Virus record (IMG/VR): IMGVR_UViG_3300032245_001520
Location: 1-64,000 of that record
Reading direction: 5' to 3' (one strand)
DNA: 64,000 bases
From: a virus
Below, in pieces: positions 36,871 through 45,214 of this stretch (position 1 is the first letter of the stretch; each line of letters begins with the position of its first letter). The translations under genes were made by a program, and so were the position numbers. The notes under the pieces were generated by a model. The model ran no database searches. It was not told the DNA's origin and saw only the letters and a list, made by a program, of their open reading frames with translations.

Positions 36871-38568
36871 CTAGAGGGATAAAATATCTACTAGCACATT
36901 TTCACGTATGTCTTTTATCATACTCGAGATAGCCGCTCTGGATCCGGTTTCCGCGCTCATCTCCAAATCCCTAATTTTTGTACCTTTCCACTCTTTCTCG
37001 TTTAGGTTCAAAAGTTCTCGCTGTGCTCTTCCAAGCAATGCTCCAAGTTTTTTCAATCCTTCCGTGTCTCCCTTAGCCTCCAACTCAGCAACTTTGTCTG
37101 CAATTTTCTTTCCAGCAGGGTTACCTCCTGCCGAAGTTGGCCCCCCGTACCAGTACCACGGCTGGGCGGCGCGGGCCATAGTTCCTTCTTTGGCTGACTG
37201 CATACCGATAGCAACAGTACGAGCAGACCCTTCAGTCCAAAAGGAGATTATTTTACCTAGTAGTTTTGATTTCTTGTCAGACGGAAGCCCTGACTCCTCT
37301 ATCATCTTAATGGCATCAGTTGGTTTGACAGATTTGTCAAGAAGTTTATTTTCCAGATCTGCTTTTGTTCCTCCGCTAGCTTCCCTCAGGGAGTGAAGTT
37401 CTTTCCCCCGAGGGGTCAGCTGCCCTCGATTGTCGAAAGTTACCTGTTCTCGCTTTTTCGAAGTTTGCTTTCCTGTGGGACTCACGTAGAAGTAGCCTTC
37501 AGGGTTGCTTACGTCAAAGTAGTCGGGACTTCCTTCGGACTTACCCCTGTTGAGTCTGGACTTGGTTAGACCGTAATTGTACCCTTGCTCGGAAAACCTC
37601 CCTCCATGGGAAGCAGGTATGATGTGTTCCAGGTCAGCCTCCAGTAAAGGCAGTTTTTCACCCGTGTATATGTCTCTCCACCCCGACTCCAATCCTATTC
37701 GGACTATCAACTCAGCCCTCCCCCTTTGTTGTTCAACGCTGGCCTTTTGAACTGGACCGAAAGAAACGGGAATCACGTCAGATTTAGACCCTGGAGGGAA
37801 GTGACCACCTTCTGCAACTGACCCCGCTTTCCCCAGGAACGTTCTTGCTTCAGCGGGCATGAAAGCCAGAGCCAGTTTAACCTCCGCATCAGATACTTTA
37901 TTCACTCGGTACCCTTCGGCGACTTCTCTCAGAGAATCTCTCATTTGCTCTGCGGTCTTGATTTTGCCACTCAGCATGCCCTCGTAAGCCCTGGTCGCCG
38001 CTTTTATTCTACCCTGTAGTTTGAAGATGCCCTCCACTTCTTTTTCTGAAACAGCTGCTCCGGGGTTTTTTACCCCAAACGCCGTTTCTAGCACTCCGTC
38101 GACAGTTCTGTTAAAGACTTTCTCTCTCTCTTTGGGGTCCGGGTAAGCCCTTTCCAGCTCAGAGTAAGCTTCTGTTAGTTCTTTAGCTCTTTTTCTGATG
38201 TCCTGCTTTTGAGACTCACCCTTTAACTCTGTGTCCCACTCGGACTTTCCAGATTTATCGCTCCCCCCAATTCTCAACTCCCTACTTTGATCTTTAATGT
38301 CCTCCAAACCTGAATACTTCTTGAATACTTTTTCTGCGTCTTCAGGTGTGATGCTACCCTGTTTCACTCGCTCTCGCAAGTGGTCTCTGACTTTGGACAG
38401 TGCTTTTTGCACTTCCGGGTCCGGGAAAATTACAAGACAGTCGTCATCGCGAAAAACACAAGCTGCCCCGCAAGACTTACCTTTTTTGCATACGTCCTTG
38501 CTCTCGGCGAAGGAAACCGCCAACCGATTGGACAAGGCGTCGAGAAGTAGTTGGCGGCGGCAGGTCAT
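36871..38568 (-). CDS. HNH nuclease-domain protein with N-terminal Cys motif (565 aa)
   Basis: DIYTGE.L....DLEHIIP.S.GG....N..LT...N..K; N-terminal FAESKDVCKKGKSCGAACVFRDDDC; AT-richer body. Confidence 0.75.
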   Translation of the reverse strand: MTCRRQLLLDALSNRLAVSFAESKDVCKKGKSCGAACVFRDDDCLVIFPDPEVQKALSKVRDHLRERVKQGSITPEDAEKVFKKYSGLEDIKDQSRELRIGGSDKSGKSEWDTELKGESQKQDIRKRAKELTEAYSELERAYPDPKEREKVFNRTVDGVLETAFGVKNPGAAVSEKEVEGIFKLQGRIKAATRAYEGMLSGKIKTAEQMRDSLREVAEGYRVNKVSDAEVKLALAFMPAEARTFLGKAGSVAEGGHFPPGSKSDVIPVSFGPVQKASVEQQRGRAELIVRIGLESGWRDIYTGEKLPLLEADLEHIIPASHGGRFSEQGYNYGLTKSRLNRGKSEGSPDYFDVSNPEGYFYVSPTGKQTSKKREQVTFDNRGQLTPRGKELHSLREASGGTKADLENKLLDKSVKPTDAIKMIEESGLPSDKKSKLLGKIISFWTEGSARTVAIGMQSAKEGTMARAAQPWYWYGGPTSAGGNPAGKKIADKVAELEAKGDTEGLKKLGALLGRAQRELLNLNEKEWKGTKIRDLEMSAETGSRAAISSMIKDIRENVLVDILSL

Positions 38569-39290
38569 CAGTCTTCGTATGCTTCTAGGATGTCGGCGAT
38601 AATGCCGTTGCGGACAATGTCAGATCGGTCAAACTGTATGCGACCTACCCCCTTGATGTTGGCCAATCGGTGGTAGGAGTCCAGAAGTCCGCTGTTACGC
38701 GAGAAAACCTCCAGGTCAACTTGGCGAGTGTCCCCTGTGATAACCACTTTGGCATCCTCACCTACGCGACTGATGACAGTCTTGACATTTTCCGGCATTG
38801 AGTTTTGTGCCTCGTCGAAAATGATGAGACAGTTAGAGAATGATCTTCCCCGCAAGTCTTCCAACATCATCGGTTCGACAATCTTCTTGGACACCAAGTA
38901 CTCGGAGGCCCCGTAGGACCTTGTCATGACCGCCAAGTTGTCAAACACAGGACCAACCAAGGGAGCCATTTTTTCCTCCATGGTCCCGGGAAGAGCGCCT
39001 CTACCCCTCTGATGAGCACACCCTACATCACTTCTAACATAGTAAACTTTGTCAAGATTACCGCTAGCTATTTCACTCAAGCCCCACCAAAGGGCCACTA
39101 GAGTTTTACCAACCCCTGAAGGGCCAATTGCGATGGTCACCGTATTTTTATTCAAGGAAGTCCAAAGATCTTCCTGATGGCCGGTTTTAGGGAGGAACGG
39201 GAGAACGTCCATGCCACGAGAATAGGACTTCTCGAGCGACTGTGTGGCTTCGGCACGACGCTTTGTGCGCTTTGTCTTCGAACTTAACAT
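38568..39290 (-). CDS. phoH: PhoH-family ATPase
   Basis: GPSGVGKT, GALPG.MEEK..P, LRGRSF...IIFDEAQN, GD..Q.DL; alternative start at 39383. Confidence 0.92.
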   Translation of the reverse strand: MLSSKTKRTKRRAEATQSLEKSYSRGMDVLPFLPKTGHQEDLWTSLNKNTVTIAIGPSGVGKTLVALWWGLSEIASGNLDKVYYVRSDVGCAHQRGRGALPGTMEEKMAPLVGPVFDNLAVMTRSYGASEYLVSKKIVEPMMLEDLRGRSFSNCLIIFDEAQNSMPENVKTVISRVGEDAKVVITGDTRQVDLEVFSRNSGLLDSYHRLANIKGVGRIQFDRSDIVRNGIIADILEAYED

Positions 39291-39406
39291 GGGAGTGATT
39301 AGGCAGACGGTGGGTAACTGAAACTCTTTGCTGCTTAGAAGGATTACATCCGACTCACCCCCTTGACACGTGTTCTGAAACATTGGGGTCTGCTCCAGGG
39401 TTAGGT

Positions 39407-39416
39407 GGTTTTACCC
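39407..39416 (-). promoter_or_regulatory. GGGTAAAACC putative late promoter
   Basis: Upstream of phoH. Confidence 0.65.
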
Positions 39417-39608
39417 TCAATGCCAACGCTCCGTAAAGTCCGACCATCCACCTTTGCCACCGCAGAACTCGGTGAACTTCTTTTGGTTGGGGTTCTCTTT
39501 ATTTGCTTTTGTCAGGTACTTGTCCGATGCAGGGTCCGTGATAAGGACTTTGGTGCCGAAGTCTTCCTGCATAATAGCAGGGACTTTGTCTACCGGTGAA
39601 ATAGCCAT
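39417..39608 (-). CDS. small hypothetical protein
   Basis: MAISPVDKVPAIMQEDFGTKVLITDP...; 63 aa. Confidence 0.6.
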   Translation of the reverse strand: MAISPVDKVPAIMQEDFGTKVLITDPASDKYLTKANKENPNQKKFTEFCGGKGGWSDFTERWH

Positions 39609-39656
39609 TGTGATCTGTCTTGTGAGGGACAGCAACTTTTCGTGAGGTTGCGAATC

Positions 39657-41414
39657 TCAGTCGTCGTAACCGATGCGACCCCGCCCGCCACCCCGACGCA
39701 GTCCGAATGATTGAGATCGGTCGTCATCTGACGCAGAGTCATAGTCAACGCTATTGTATCGCGCTTCCCCGAAAGGTAAACTTCTGCTCAGTCCTCGAGA
39801 TGTTTGGGTGAACAGAGTGCTGTCCTTAAGACCCTCGCGTCGCAAATCTCCCAGGTAACGTTTATTTTGAATAATCGCCTCCTGCAGACCCCTGTCGACG
39901 ACGTCCATCGACATTGCATAGTATGTGAGTGCCCATGTGAATGAGTCCACGTCATCGTCATGTTTGACATACGGGAAGGTGGTTAGGTTTTTGACGAACT
40001 TTTGAGTCCAGTAATCGTCAAGGAAGAATACACGCCCGCTCTCAAGATACGGAGTGACCGCCTGCAGACGGGTAGACTTCGACTTGAGGGGTTTCATCTC
40101 TACAACGGGGATCTTCCCCTCCTTCTTCAGCACCTGGATCAGCGATTGACCGCTTGCTGCCTTCTCTATGCACAGCAGTTTTGCCTTGTAGAATGAATAT
40201 GCTTGTTTTACCGCTTCAATCAAATCGGGGAAACCCCACCTCCCGGTGATGATCTCGCGTATGTAAATCTTGGTCGGGTCCTTCAGACAGATCGACGCCA
40301 CACAGAGTGCCGACTCGTCTGACATCTCCCTCTCCTGGAAGGCAGTATCGCAGGCGATCCAAGTGACATCGTACGATGGCGGTTCCTCGTCCTCACCAAT
40401 GACCCGCACCCAGGAGTTTTTAACAATCTGACCCTCAGACGCTTTGGGGACTCCCTGATATAAGGCGGCAAATTTAAATGAACCCATGATTTTCCGCTGC
40501 GACTCCAGCATCGGTACAGAGAATGTCGGGTTGCTCGGCCAGTGCGACTCGCCTACCTTCCGCTCCAGGGGATCATTGTGGGGTTCCTCGCAGAGTCCGG
40601 CAATGTTGATCCACCGCCACCGGAAGTCGTCTTTGTCGGGGTGTCCGACCTCGTCCGGATCGTAGACACCGTCGCCCTGAATCAGCACACCGTGAAGATC
40701 CTTCTCGTGGAATCTCGTGGCGATGATCAACTGGCAGTAGTGATTTGTTCTTCGAGTCGATGCTTGCTCACTCCACCAACTTTCCAAATTGTCCAGTGCC
40801 TGTTTCGAGTCAGACGATTTCAGCGGATCGTCGATGACCATCGCACCGACACCGGGCGAGTCCATATCCGTCGTCCCTGCTGTGAATCCAGTCAGCACCC
40901 CACCCACCGACGTCGCAAGGATGTACCCGCCGCCATTCATGTCGTACTTAGAGTCGGGGGAGAATCCCAACCACTCGGGGAATATTTTCTTGAACGTCGG
41001 TGTCTTCAGCATCCCCACCACCTCGCGGTGGAACTTGAATGACAGCGACGCACCATACGATGCGATAACATGCTGTGTCTTCTGATCGCGTCCGAGCAAC
41101 CACGCCAGGAACATCGTCGCCAGCATCGACTTGCCAGATCGCGGAGGGCAGGAGACGATCAGTCGCCGATTCCTCCGGGTGGCCAGATCTTCGAATGCCG
41201 ACGCAATGATCTCATGGAAATCGGATACTTGAAGGTCGCCTGCCTTCATCAGGTCGCAGAATGCCAGAAAGCAGTCTCGTGCTGCCTTGTGCTTGTACTC
41301 TTGAATGATGCTCCGAGGCGCCTCCAGCAGAGTCAACTCTCGAAGTCCCTTCTGATACTGGCGCCACGAGGAATGCTGCTCCAGCTGGCTGACCCGTGTT
41401 ATTGGCGGTCTCAT
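39657..41414 (-). CDS. terL: terminase large subunit
   Basis: Walker A PPRSGKS, Walker B MVIDDP, ATRFH..DL.G, nuclease CDTA...DES, IEKAASG, HDDDVD. Confidence 0.93.
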   Translation of the reverse strand: MRPPITRVSQLEQHSSWRQYQKGLRELTLLEAPRSIIQEYKHKAARDCFLAFCDLMKAGDLQVSDFHEIIASAFEDLATRRNRRLIVSCPPRSGKSMLATMFLAWLLGRDQKTQHVIASYGASLSFKFHREVVGMLKTPTFKKIFPEWLGFSPDSKYDMNGGGYILATSVGGVLTGFTAGTTDMDSPGVGAMVIDDPLKSSDSKQALDNLESWWSEQASTRRTNHYCQLIIATRFHEKDLHGVLIQGDGVYDPDEVGHPDKDDFRWRWINIAGLCEEPHNDPLERKVGESHWPSNPTFSVPMLESQRKIMGSFKFAALYQGVPKASEGQIVKNSWVRVIGEDEEPPSYDVTWIACDTAFQEREMSDESALCVASICLKDPTKIYIREIITGRWGFPDLIEAVKQAYSFYKAKLLCIEKAASGQSLIQVLKKEGKIPVVEMKPLKSKSTRLQAVTPYLESGRVFFLDDYWTQKFVKNLTTFPYVKHDDDVDSFTWALTYYAMSMDVVDRGLQEAIIQNKRYLGDLRREGLKDSTLFTQTSRGLSRSLPFGEARYNSVDYDSASDDDRSQSFGLRRGGGRGRIGYDD

Positions 41415-41692
41415 TTCCCGTCAGTCAGGCGACTCAGAAGTTCGTCCACTTTTCCGGTGTACTCCTTCGCCAGACTTGCCTCATCCTTCGACTCCTTATC
41501 GCTGAGCGAGACAATATCAGACACAATGTCGCGATGTGTCTTGACGGCACTGTTGAAGATGTTGACGAGGTCGCGCACGGAGCACTCAGTCATTTGGTCC
41601 TGGATGTACCCCAACGCGTCATTCGCAACCTTCAGTGCTTCTGCAGCGAGATATTCCTTCTGCTGAAGAATATCCTCGTGTTTTTTGCTCAT
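41411..41692 (-). CDS. small helical protein, candidate terminase small subunit
   Basis: 93 aa from MSKKHEDIL; ATGA overlap with terL; function inferred from position only. Confidence 0.5.
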   Translation of the reverse strand: MSKKHEDILQQKEYLAAEALKVANDALGYIQDQMTECSVRDLVNIFNSAVKTHRDIVSDIVSLSDKESKDEASLAKEYTGKVDELLSRLTDGK

Positions 41693-41714
41693 GGGGGTGT
41701 GCCCTCTGTTGAGT

Positions 41715-41724
41715 GGTTTTACCC
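41715..41724 (-). promoter_or_regulatory. GGGTAAAACC putative late promoter
   Basis: Upstream of ATG 41692. Confidence 0.7.
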
Positions 41725-41793
41725 TGCCAGGTGTTCGATCGATGTGCCATGTGCGCACATGTGCCATGTGTTCGATCGATCGATGCATCGATG
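41725..41793 (-). repeat. GATC/palindrome-rich dispersed element, copy 2
   Basis: 35 bp identity to 3567-3601 in inverted orientation; 14 bp palindrome CATGTGCGCACATG; second internal ATCGATCGAACAC. Confidence 0.85.
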
Positions 41794-41806
41794 ACATGCC
41801 AGGCAC

Positions 41807-41962
41807 TCAGAACCTTCGACGACAGGAGGAGCACCCTCGCGTCGCTGCCTGCTGCCCATGCCCCTTGTACTGGTGAATCTGCCGAAGGATTCTCGCTGCC
41901 AGTGCGTGATTATTTGTAGAAACTGCGTGTTGGTACTGTTTCCATAACTCTTGAATACCCAC
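41807..41962 (-). CDS. small basic protein ending in CxxC
   Basis: GTG start overlapping the upstream TAG; GIQELWKQYQHA...GCSSCRRRF. Confidence 0.5.
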   Translation of the reverse strand: MGIQELWKQYQHAVSTNNHALAARILRQIHQYKGHGQQAATRGCSSCRRRF

Positions 41963-43185
41963 TAGCAAATCCCCACACCAGGGCCACCACCACCGGGACC
42001 GACACCGGAACCGGAGCAGGGGAGGCAACCCAGTCGCCACAGCGAGTTGACCGAAGCAAACTCGAAGGTGTCCTCCAGTAACCACCCACGACCCTGAGGT
42101 GATTGACCAACGAAGTAGAACCGACCGGAAGACGTTTGGATGAACGTCTCCGTCATCACACCGACAAGTGTGCCACCGTCGATGGGTCGCTTCGGTGCTT
42201 CCGGATTCAGAGGGTCTGTGTACAGGTTCTGAACACCGCCAGTCACCACAGCAAAGTCGCCAGTCTTCATGCCACTAAAGAACACCGCATCCAGTTGCTT
42301 CCGGTCGCCACTGATCGACTTGTTCCACAGTTCGAGTGCGTATCGCGCCAGTTTCTTCTTCGTCGTGCAGTACAGCACCTCGCGGATCGGTTGCTTCGTC
42401 ACCGAGTCCCAGATGGTCACCACCAGGTGTCCGTCCGGAGTGTACGAGTTGTTGCTGAGCAGATAGATTGGTTGATTGAGCGGGTCCTCGATGAAGACGC
42501 AATCAGGGTCGCATACGAACACCCAGTCACCAGATTGAGTTAGCTCGTCGCTCCACCGGATGCCGAAGCACTTGTCGTAGTCCTCGTCCGGTTTGCGGTC
42601 GCAAGGGTAGGAGGGAACGTAAATGTCGCCAGTCGCCTCGTCGACCACCCCACCAAGGGGCAGTCGCGTCTCGACACCGAGACCGGGAAATAGCTGCGAG
42701 CAGTTGCCCCGCGCCACGCAAGGGTCAAGAGCGACGTATGGTAGGGTCGCCTGAGTGGTCAGGACATATTCTTGCGTGTAGCAGTATTGAGAGTTTTCAC
42801 TGAGTCCTGTGAATCTCTCAGATTGACAAGTAAAAGATTCCAGTACCTCAACTCCCGCATTGCCCGGCACCCCACCGTTGAGGGTTAAGAAAGCACCGGC
42901 AAGAAGTTGAGTGGCGAAATCATGCCCAGACGAGGACAGGTAGTTCTGCGTTGAAAAATTGCACTCAAACGACATTTGACGAGTGTAAACTAATGGAACT
43001 CTATTCATGACGGAATCAGTGCTCCCTGTGTACCTGACAACGATATTGTTGGTCCCCTGGACTACCCCTTCTTTTTCAATGGCATCCGCAAGGCGTAAAA
43101 CATTAACGCTCAGAGGAATCAAAGGTGATGCAATTAAGGCATCGCAGATGTACTGCTCTATGCGCGAGATGGTATCGAGTCTCAT
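41962..43185 (-). CDS. head-tail/tail-completion-like protein (possible Mu gp37-like N-domain) with C-terminal extension
   Basis: ISRIEQ.I...L...VVRYTGS...F...L.G pattern in first ~150 aa; start MRLDTISRIE. Confidence 0.45.
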   Translation of the reverse strand: MRLDTISRIEQYICDALIASPLIPLSVNVLRLADAIEKEGVVQGTNNIVVRYTGSTDSVMNRVPLVYTRQMSFECNFSTQNYLSSSGHDFATQLLAGAFLTLNGGVPGNAGVEVLESFTCQSERFTGLSENSQYCYTQEYVLTTQATLPYVALDPCVARGNCSQLFPGLGVETRLPLGGVVDEATGDIYVPSYPCDRKPDEDYDKCFGIRWSDELTQSGDWVFVCDPDCVFIEDPLNQPIYLLSNNSYTPDGHLVVTIWDSVTKQPIREVLYCTTKKKLARYALELWNKSISGDRKQLDAVFFSGMKTGDFAVVTGGVQNLYTDPLNPEAPKRPIDGGTLVGVMTETFIQTSSGRFYFVGQSPQGRGWLLEDTFEFASVNSLWRLGCLPCSGSGVGPGGGGPGVGIC

Positions 43186-43186
43186 T

Positions 43187-43549
43187 TCAACCCACGAATT
43201 GCGTTGTGGAACCGTCGGTATTGGTAAAGGTGATAACCTGCACTCGAGGTTGTGGATCCGCAACCGGCGCAGGGACCGCAGGTTTCCACTCGATGCCCAC
43301 CCAAACCTTCAACATCTGCTCCTCCATATCGAACCATAACTCTCCCAATGTTGGACTCGCCACCGAATCTTCGGGAAGAGAGACATGCGCCGGACCGGAC
43401 TTGACCAGGTTACCCGTGTGATCCTTGAAAAACAACCCTGGCGTCGAAGCATGATAGTTAACGACGATCTCGCCTGTCGACAGATTGCTCGGAGAGGGGC
43501 GACGATGGGCGACGTTTGACCGTTTAAGACGAAGAGTGGGGGTCGCCAT
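43187..43549 (-). CDS. stand-alone KRSS-module protein (120 aa)
   Basis: LKRSNVAHRRP...GEIVVN...PGLFFKD...K.GP...GELWFD. Confidence 0.75.
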   Translation of the reverse strand: MATPTLRLKRSNVAHRRPSPSNLSTGEIVVNYHASTPGLFFKDHTGNLVKSGPAHVSLPEDSVASPTLGELWFDMEEQMLKVWVGIEWKPAVPAPVADPQPRVQVITFTNTDGSTTQFVG

Positions 43550-43581
43550 ATCTACGGTAGTGGTTCAGGGTGACTTGAAAG

Positions 43582-43591
43582 TGTTTTACCC
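43582..43591 (-). promoter_or_regulatory. GGGTAAAACA late promoter variant
   Basis: Upstream of ATG 43549, just after a terminator. Confidence 0.6.
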
Positions 43592-43601
43592 TGCATACGG
43601 G

Positions 43602-43625
43602 AAAAGGGACCCCGAAAGGTCCCCC
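43602..43625 (-). terminator. intrinsic terminator
   Basis: Minus strand GGGACC-TTTCGG-GGTCCC followed by TTTT, ~20 nt after the stop at 43645. Confidence 0.75.
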
Positions 43626-43644
43626 GTATCGCCTGTATCAGAGA

Positions 43645-44691
43645 TCAGAACGTTCCAAAATCCGCCGATGTGGTCACCAGCACGCCATCAACGATGTCAA
43701 GACCATCGCCGATGGTGATCTCGCCGAAGTTTCCAGCGACTTCAGCACCGAGGATGCTCTTCTGGGTTGCCTGTTGGATCTTGGCATAGGTGACGCCATT
43801 GTCAGCGATGCTGATTTCGCGGTTGGCACTGATGTCGCCACCACCTTGCAGACCACCGCTGGTGGAGATGGTGGTTGTCTTGACGGCATACAGGACATCC
43901 GTGATTGCCTGGGTGACGGAACCGGGGGTTCCCAGCATCAGCCATTGGCCCTGTGCCGAGGCGATCAGAGAGACAGCGACGTGCTCAGTGATCGAACCGG
44001 AGAGGTTCAGAATGGCGTAGTTTGGGTCGCTCTGCAGCAGACCATAGGCATCAGCGATGACAACGACGTCGCCTGCCTCGGGAACGGTACTGTAGCCAGC
44101 ACCTTCGGAGAAAGCAGCGACGTTGGCGAAGCCCCGAACGTTGGCCAGGTTGGTGGGAACGTTGGCCCAAACAGGCGCACCTTCGACTAGTTTGAGAAAC
44201 TGGCCATCAGTGCCAGCGGGCAGGGCATCTTGCTTGGTCGCAACACTCTGAGCCAGGGCATCTAGTGCTTCCTGAACTGTGGTTGCAGACAGCTCATAGG
44301 TGTCGACGTAGGAAACCTGAGAGGCAGCCTGGTCGTCAGCACTCTGGTCTACCCAGACGGTCGCGGTGCCATTCCAGCTGAGGACTTGGCCAGCGGTGCC
44401 AGCAGCGGCAGGTTTGTCGATTTTGTCGGAGAGACCAGCGAGCGCATCGGAGGCGTCGCTCTGAGCAGAGGCAATCGCGGCGTAGTCATTCAGACTGACA
44501 GCAAACCATCCCTCCAAAGGGGTGGAGGCAGCGGTTTGAGTGCCGTCAATAGCGGTATAGAAGGAGGTGCCATCGCCGACGAAGAGGATCTTGTCAGCGA
44601 AGTTGAAAGCGATTTCACCAGCTTTCAGCGACGCGGGAGCGTTGCCGGCAGTGGTACTGCGGAGAAACTGAAGATGCTTAGGCAGTGTCAT
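43645..44691 (-). CDS. fibre-like virion protein (348 aa)
   Basis: LRSTTAGNAP..L.AGEIAFN.ADK..FVGDG module, GT.GQ.L...W linkers, ends ADFGTF; own promoter and terminator. Confidence 0.75.
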   Translation of the reverse strand: MTLPKHLQFLRSTTAGNAPASLKAGEIAFNFADKILFVGDGTSFYTAIDGTQTAASTPLEGWFAVSLNDYAAIASAQSDASDALAGLSDKIDKPAAAGTAGQVLSWNGTATVWVDQSADDQAASQVSYVDTYELSATTVQEALDALAQSVATKQDALPAGTDGQFLKLVEGAPVWANVPTNLANVRGFANVAAFSEGAGYSTVPEAGDVVVIADAYGLLQSDPNYAILNLSGSITEHVAVSLIASAQGQWLMLGTPGSVTQAITDVLYAVKTTTISTSGGLQGGGDISANREISIADNGVTYAKIQQATQKSILGAEVAGNFGEITIGDGLDIVDGVLVTTSADFGTF

Positions 44692-44742
44692 TTTTGAAAC
44701 TCAAGGGGATATCGTTGGTTCACTTGCGCAATCGCGCTAATC

Positions 44743-44752
44743 GGTTTTACCC
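44743..44752 (-). promoter_or_regulatory. GGGTAAAACC putative late promoter
   Basis: Upstream of ATG 44691. Confidence 0.7.
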
Positions 44753-44753
44753 G

Positions 44754-44987
44754 TCAGAAAACACCGTAGTCCAAGTTACCATCAAGACCGTCCCCTGCGA
44801 TCACAAGTTCGCCATCTCGCACAAAAATGTTCGCACCTGAGTTGAGCATACCCGCACTGGTCTGTATACCAAACTGCTCTGCCTCCAGGATGTCGGGAGT
44901 GCGAAAAGGATCGTTGGGGATCTCTTCCGTCGGGTCGAACGGTTCCGCAGCGTTTATGTTCTTGCGTTGCCTCGGAATCATGCCCAT
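44754..44987 (-). CDS. small virion protein (IPN.PF module)
   Basis: PFDP...IPNDPF...; ends LDYGVF; similar to 45015..45212. Confidence 0.65.
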   Translation of the reverse strand: MGMIPRQRKNINAAEPFDPTEEIPNDPFRTPDILEAEQFGIQTSAGMLNSGANIFVRDGELVIAGDGLDGNLDYGVF

Positions 44988-45001
44988 GACGCTGTCTGGG
45001 G

Positions 45002-45011
45002 GATTTTACCC
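45002..45011 (-). promoter_or_regulatory. GGGTAAAATC late promoter variant
   Basis: Upstream of ATG 44987. Confidence 0.5.
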
Positions 45012-45014
45012 GGT

Positions 45015-45212
45015 TCACTCACCTAAGACACCGCAGTCTATGTCACCAACAAGGCCTCTAGCTTCGATTGCTGTTGTCTCGCCTTCGACAATCAGAGCGC
45101 CGCTGGGCATCATTTTGTCACCAGACTGGATCAAAAACTCTTCGTTGTCGTTGACAAAGGGTTCGTTGGGGACTGGCTGGTTAGGGTTGAAGGATGGGGT
45201 GTTGATGGCCAT
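45015..45212 (-). CDS. small virion protein (PN.PF module)
   Basis: PSFNPNQPVPNEPF...IDCGVL. Confidence 0.65.
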   Translation of the reverse strand: MAINTPSFNPNQPVPNEPFVNDNEEFLIQSGDKMMPSGALIVEGETTAIEARGLVGDIDCGVLGE

Positions 45213-45214
45213 GG

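Noticed and set aside
36871-38568. Cas9/IscB-like protein, because the HNH segment resembles YTG...DHI.P.S
   Set aside because: No RuvC motifs or bridge helix recognised, and no CRISPR array or non-coding space for a guide RNA nearby
41693-41806. N-terminal extensions of ORFs 41411..41806 and 3530..4429 sharing SMHRSIEHMAH
   Set aside because: The shared peptide is translation of the non-coding GATC element; the likely starts are downstream of the promoter motif
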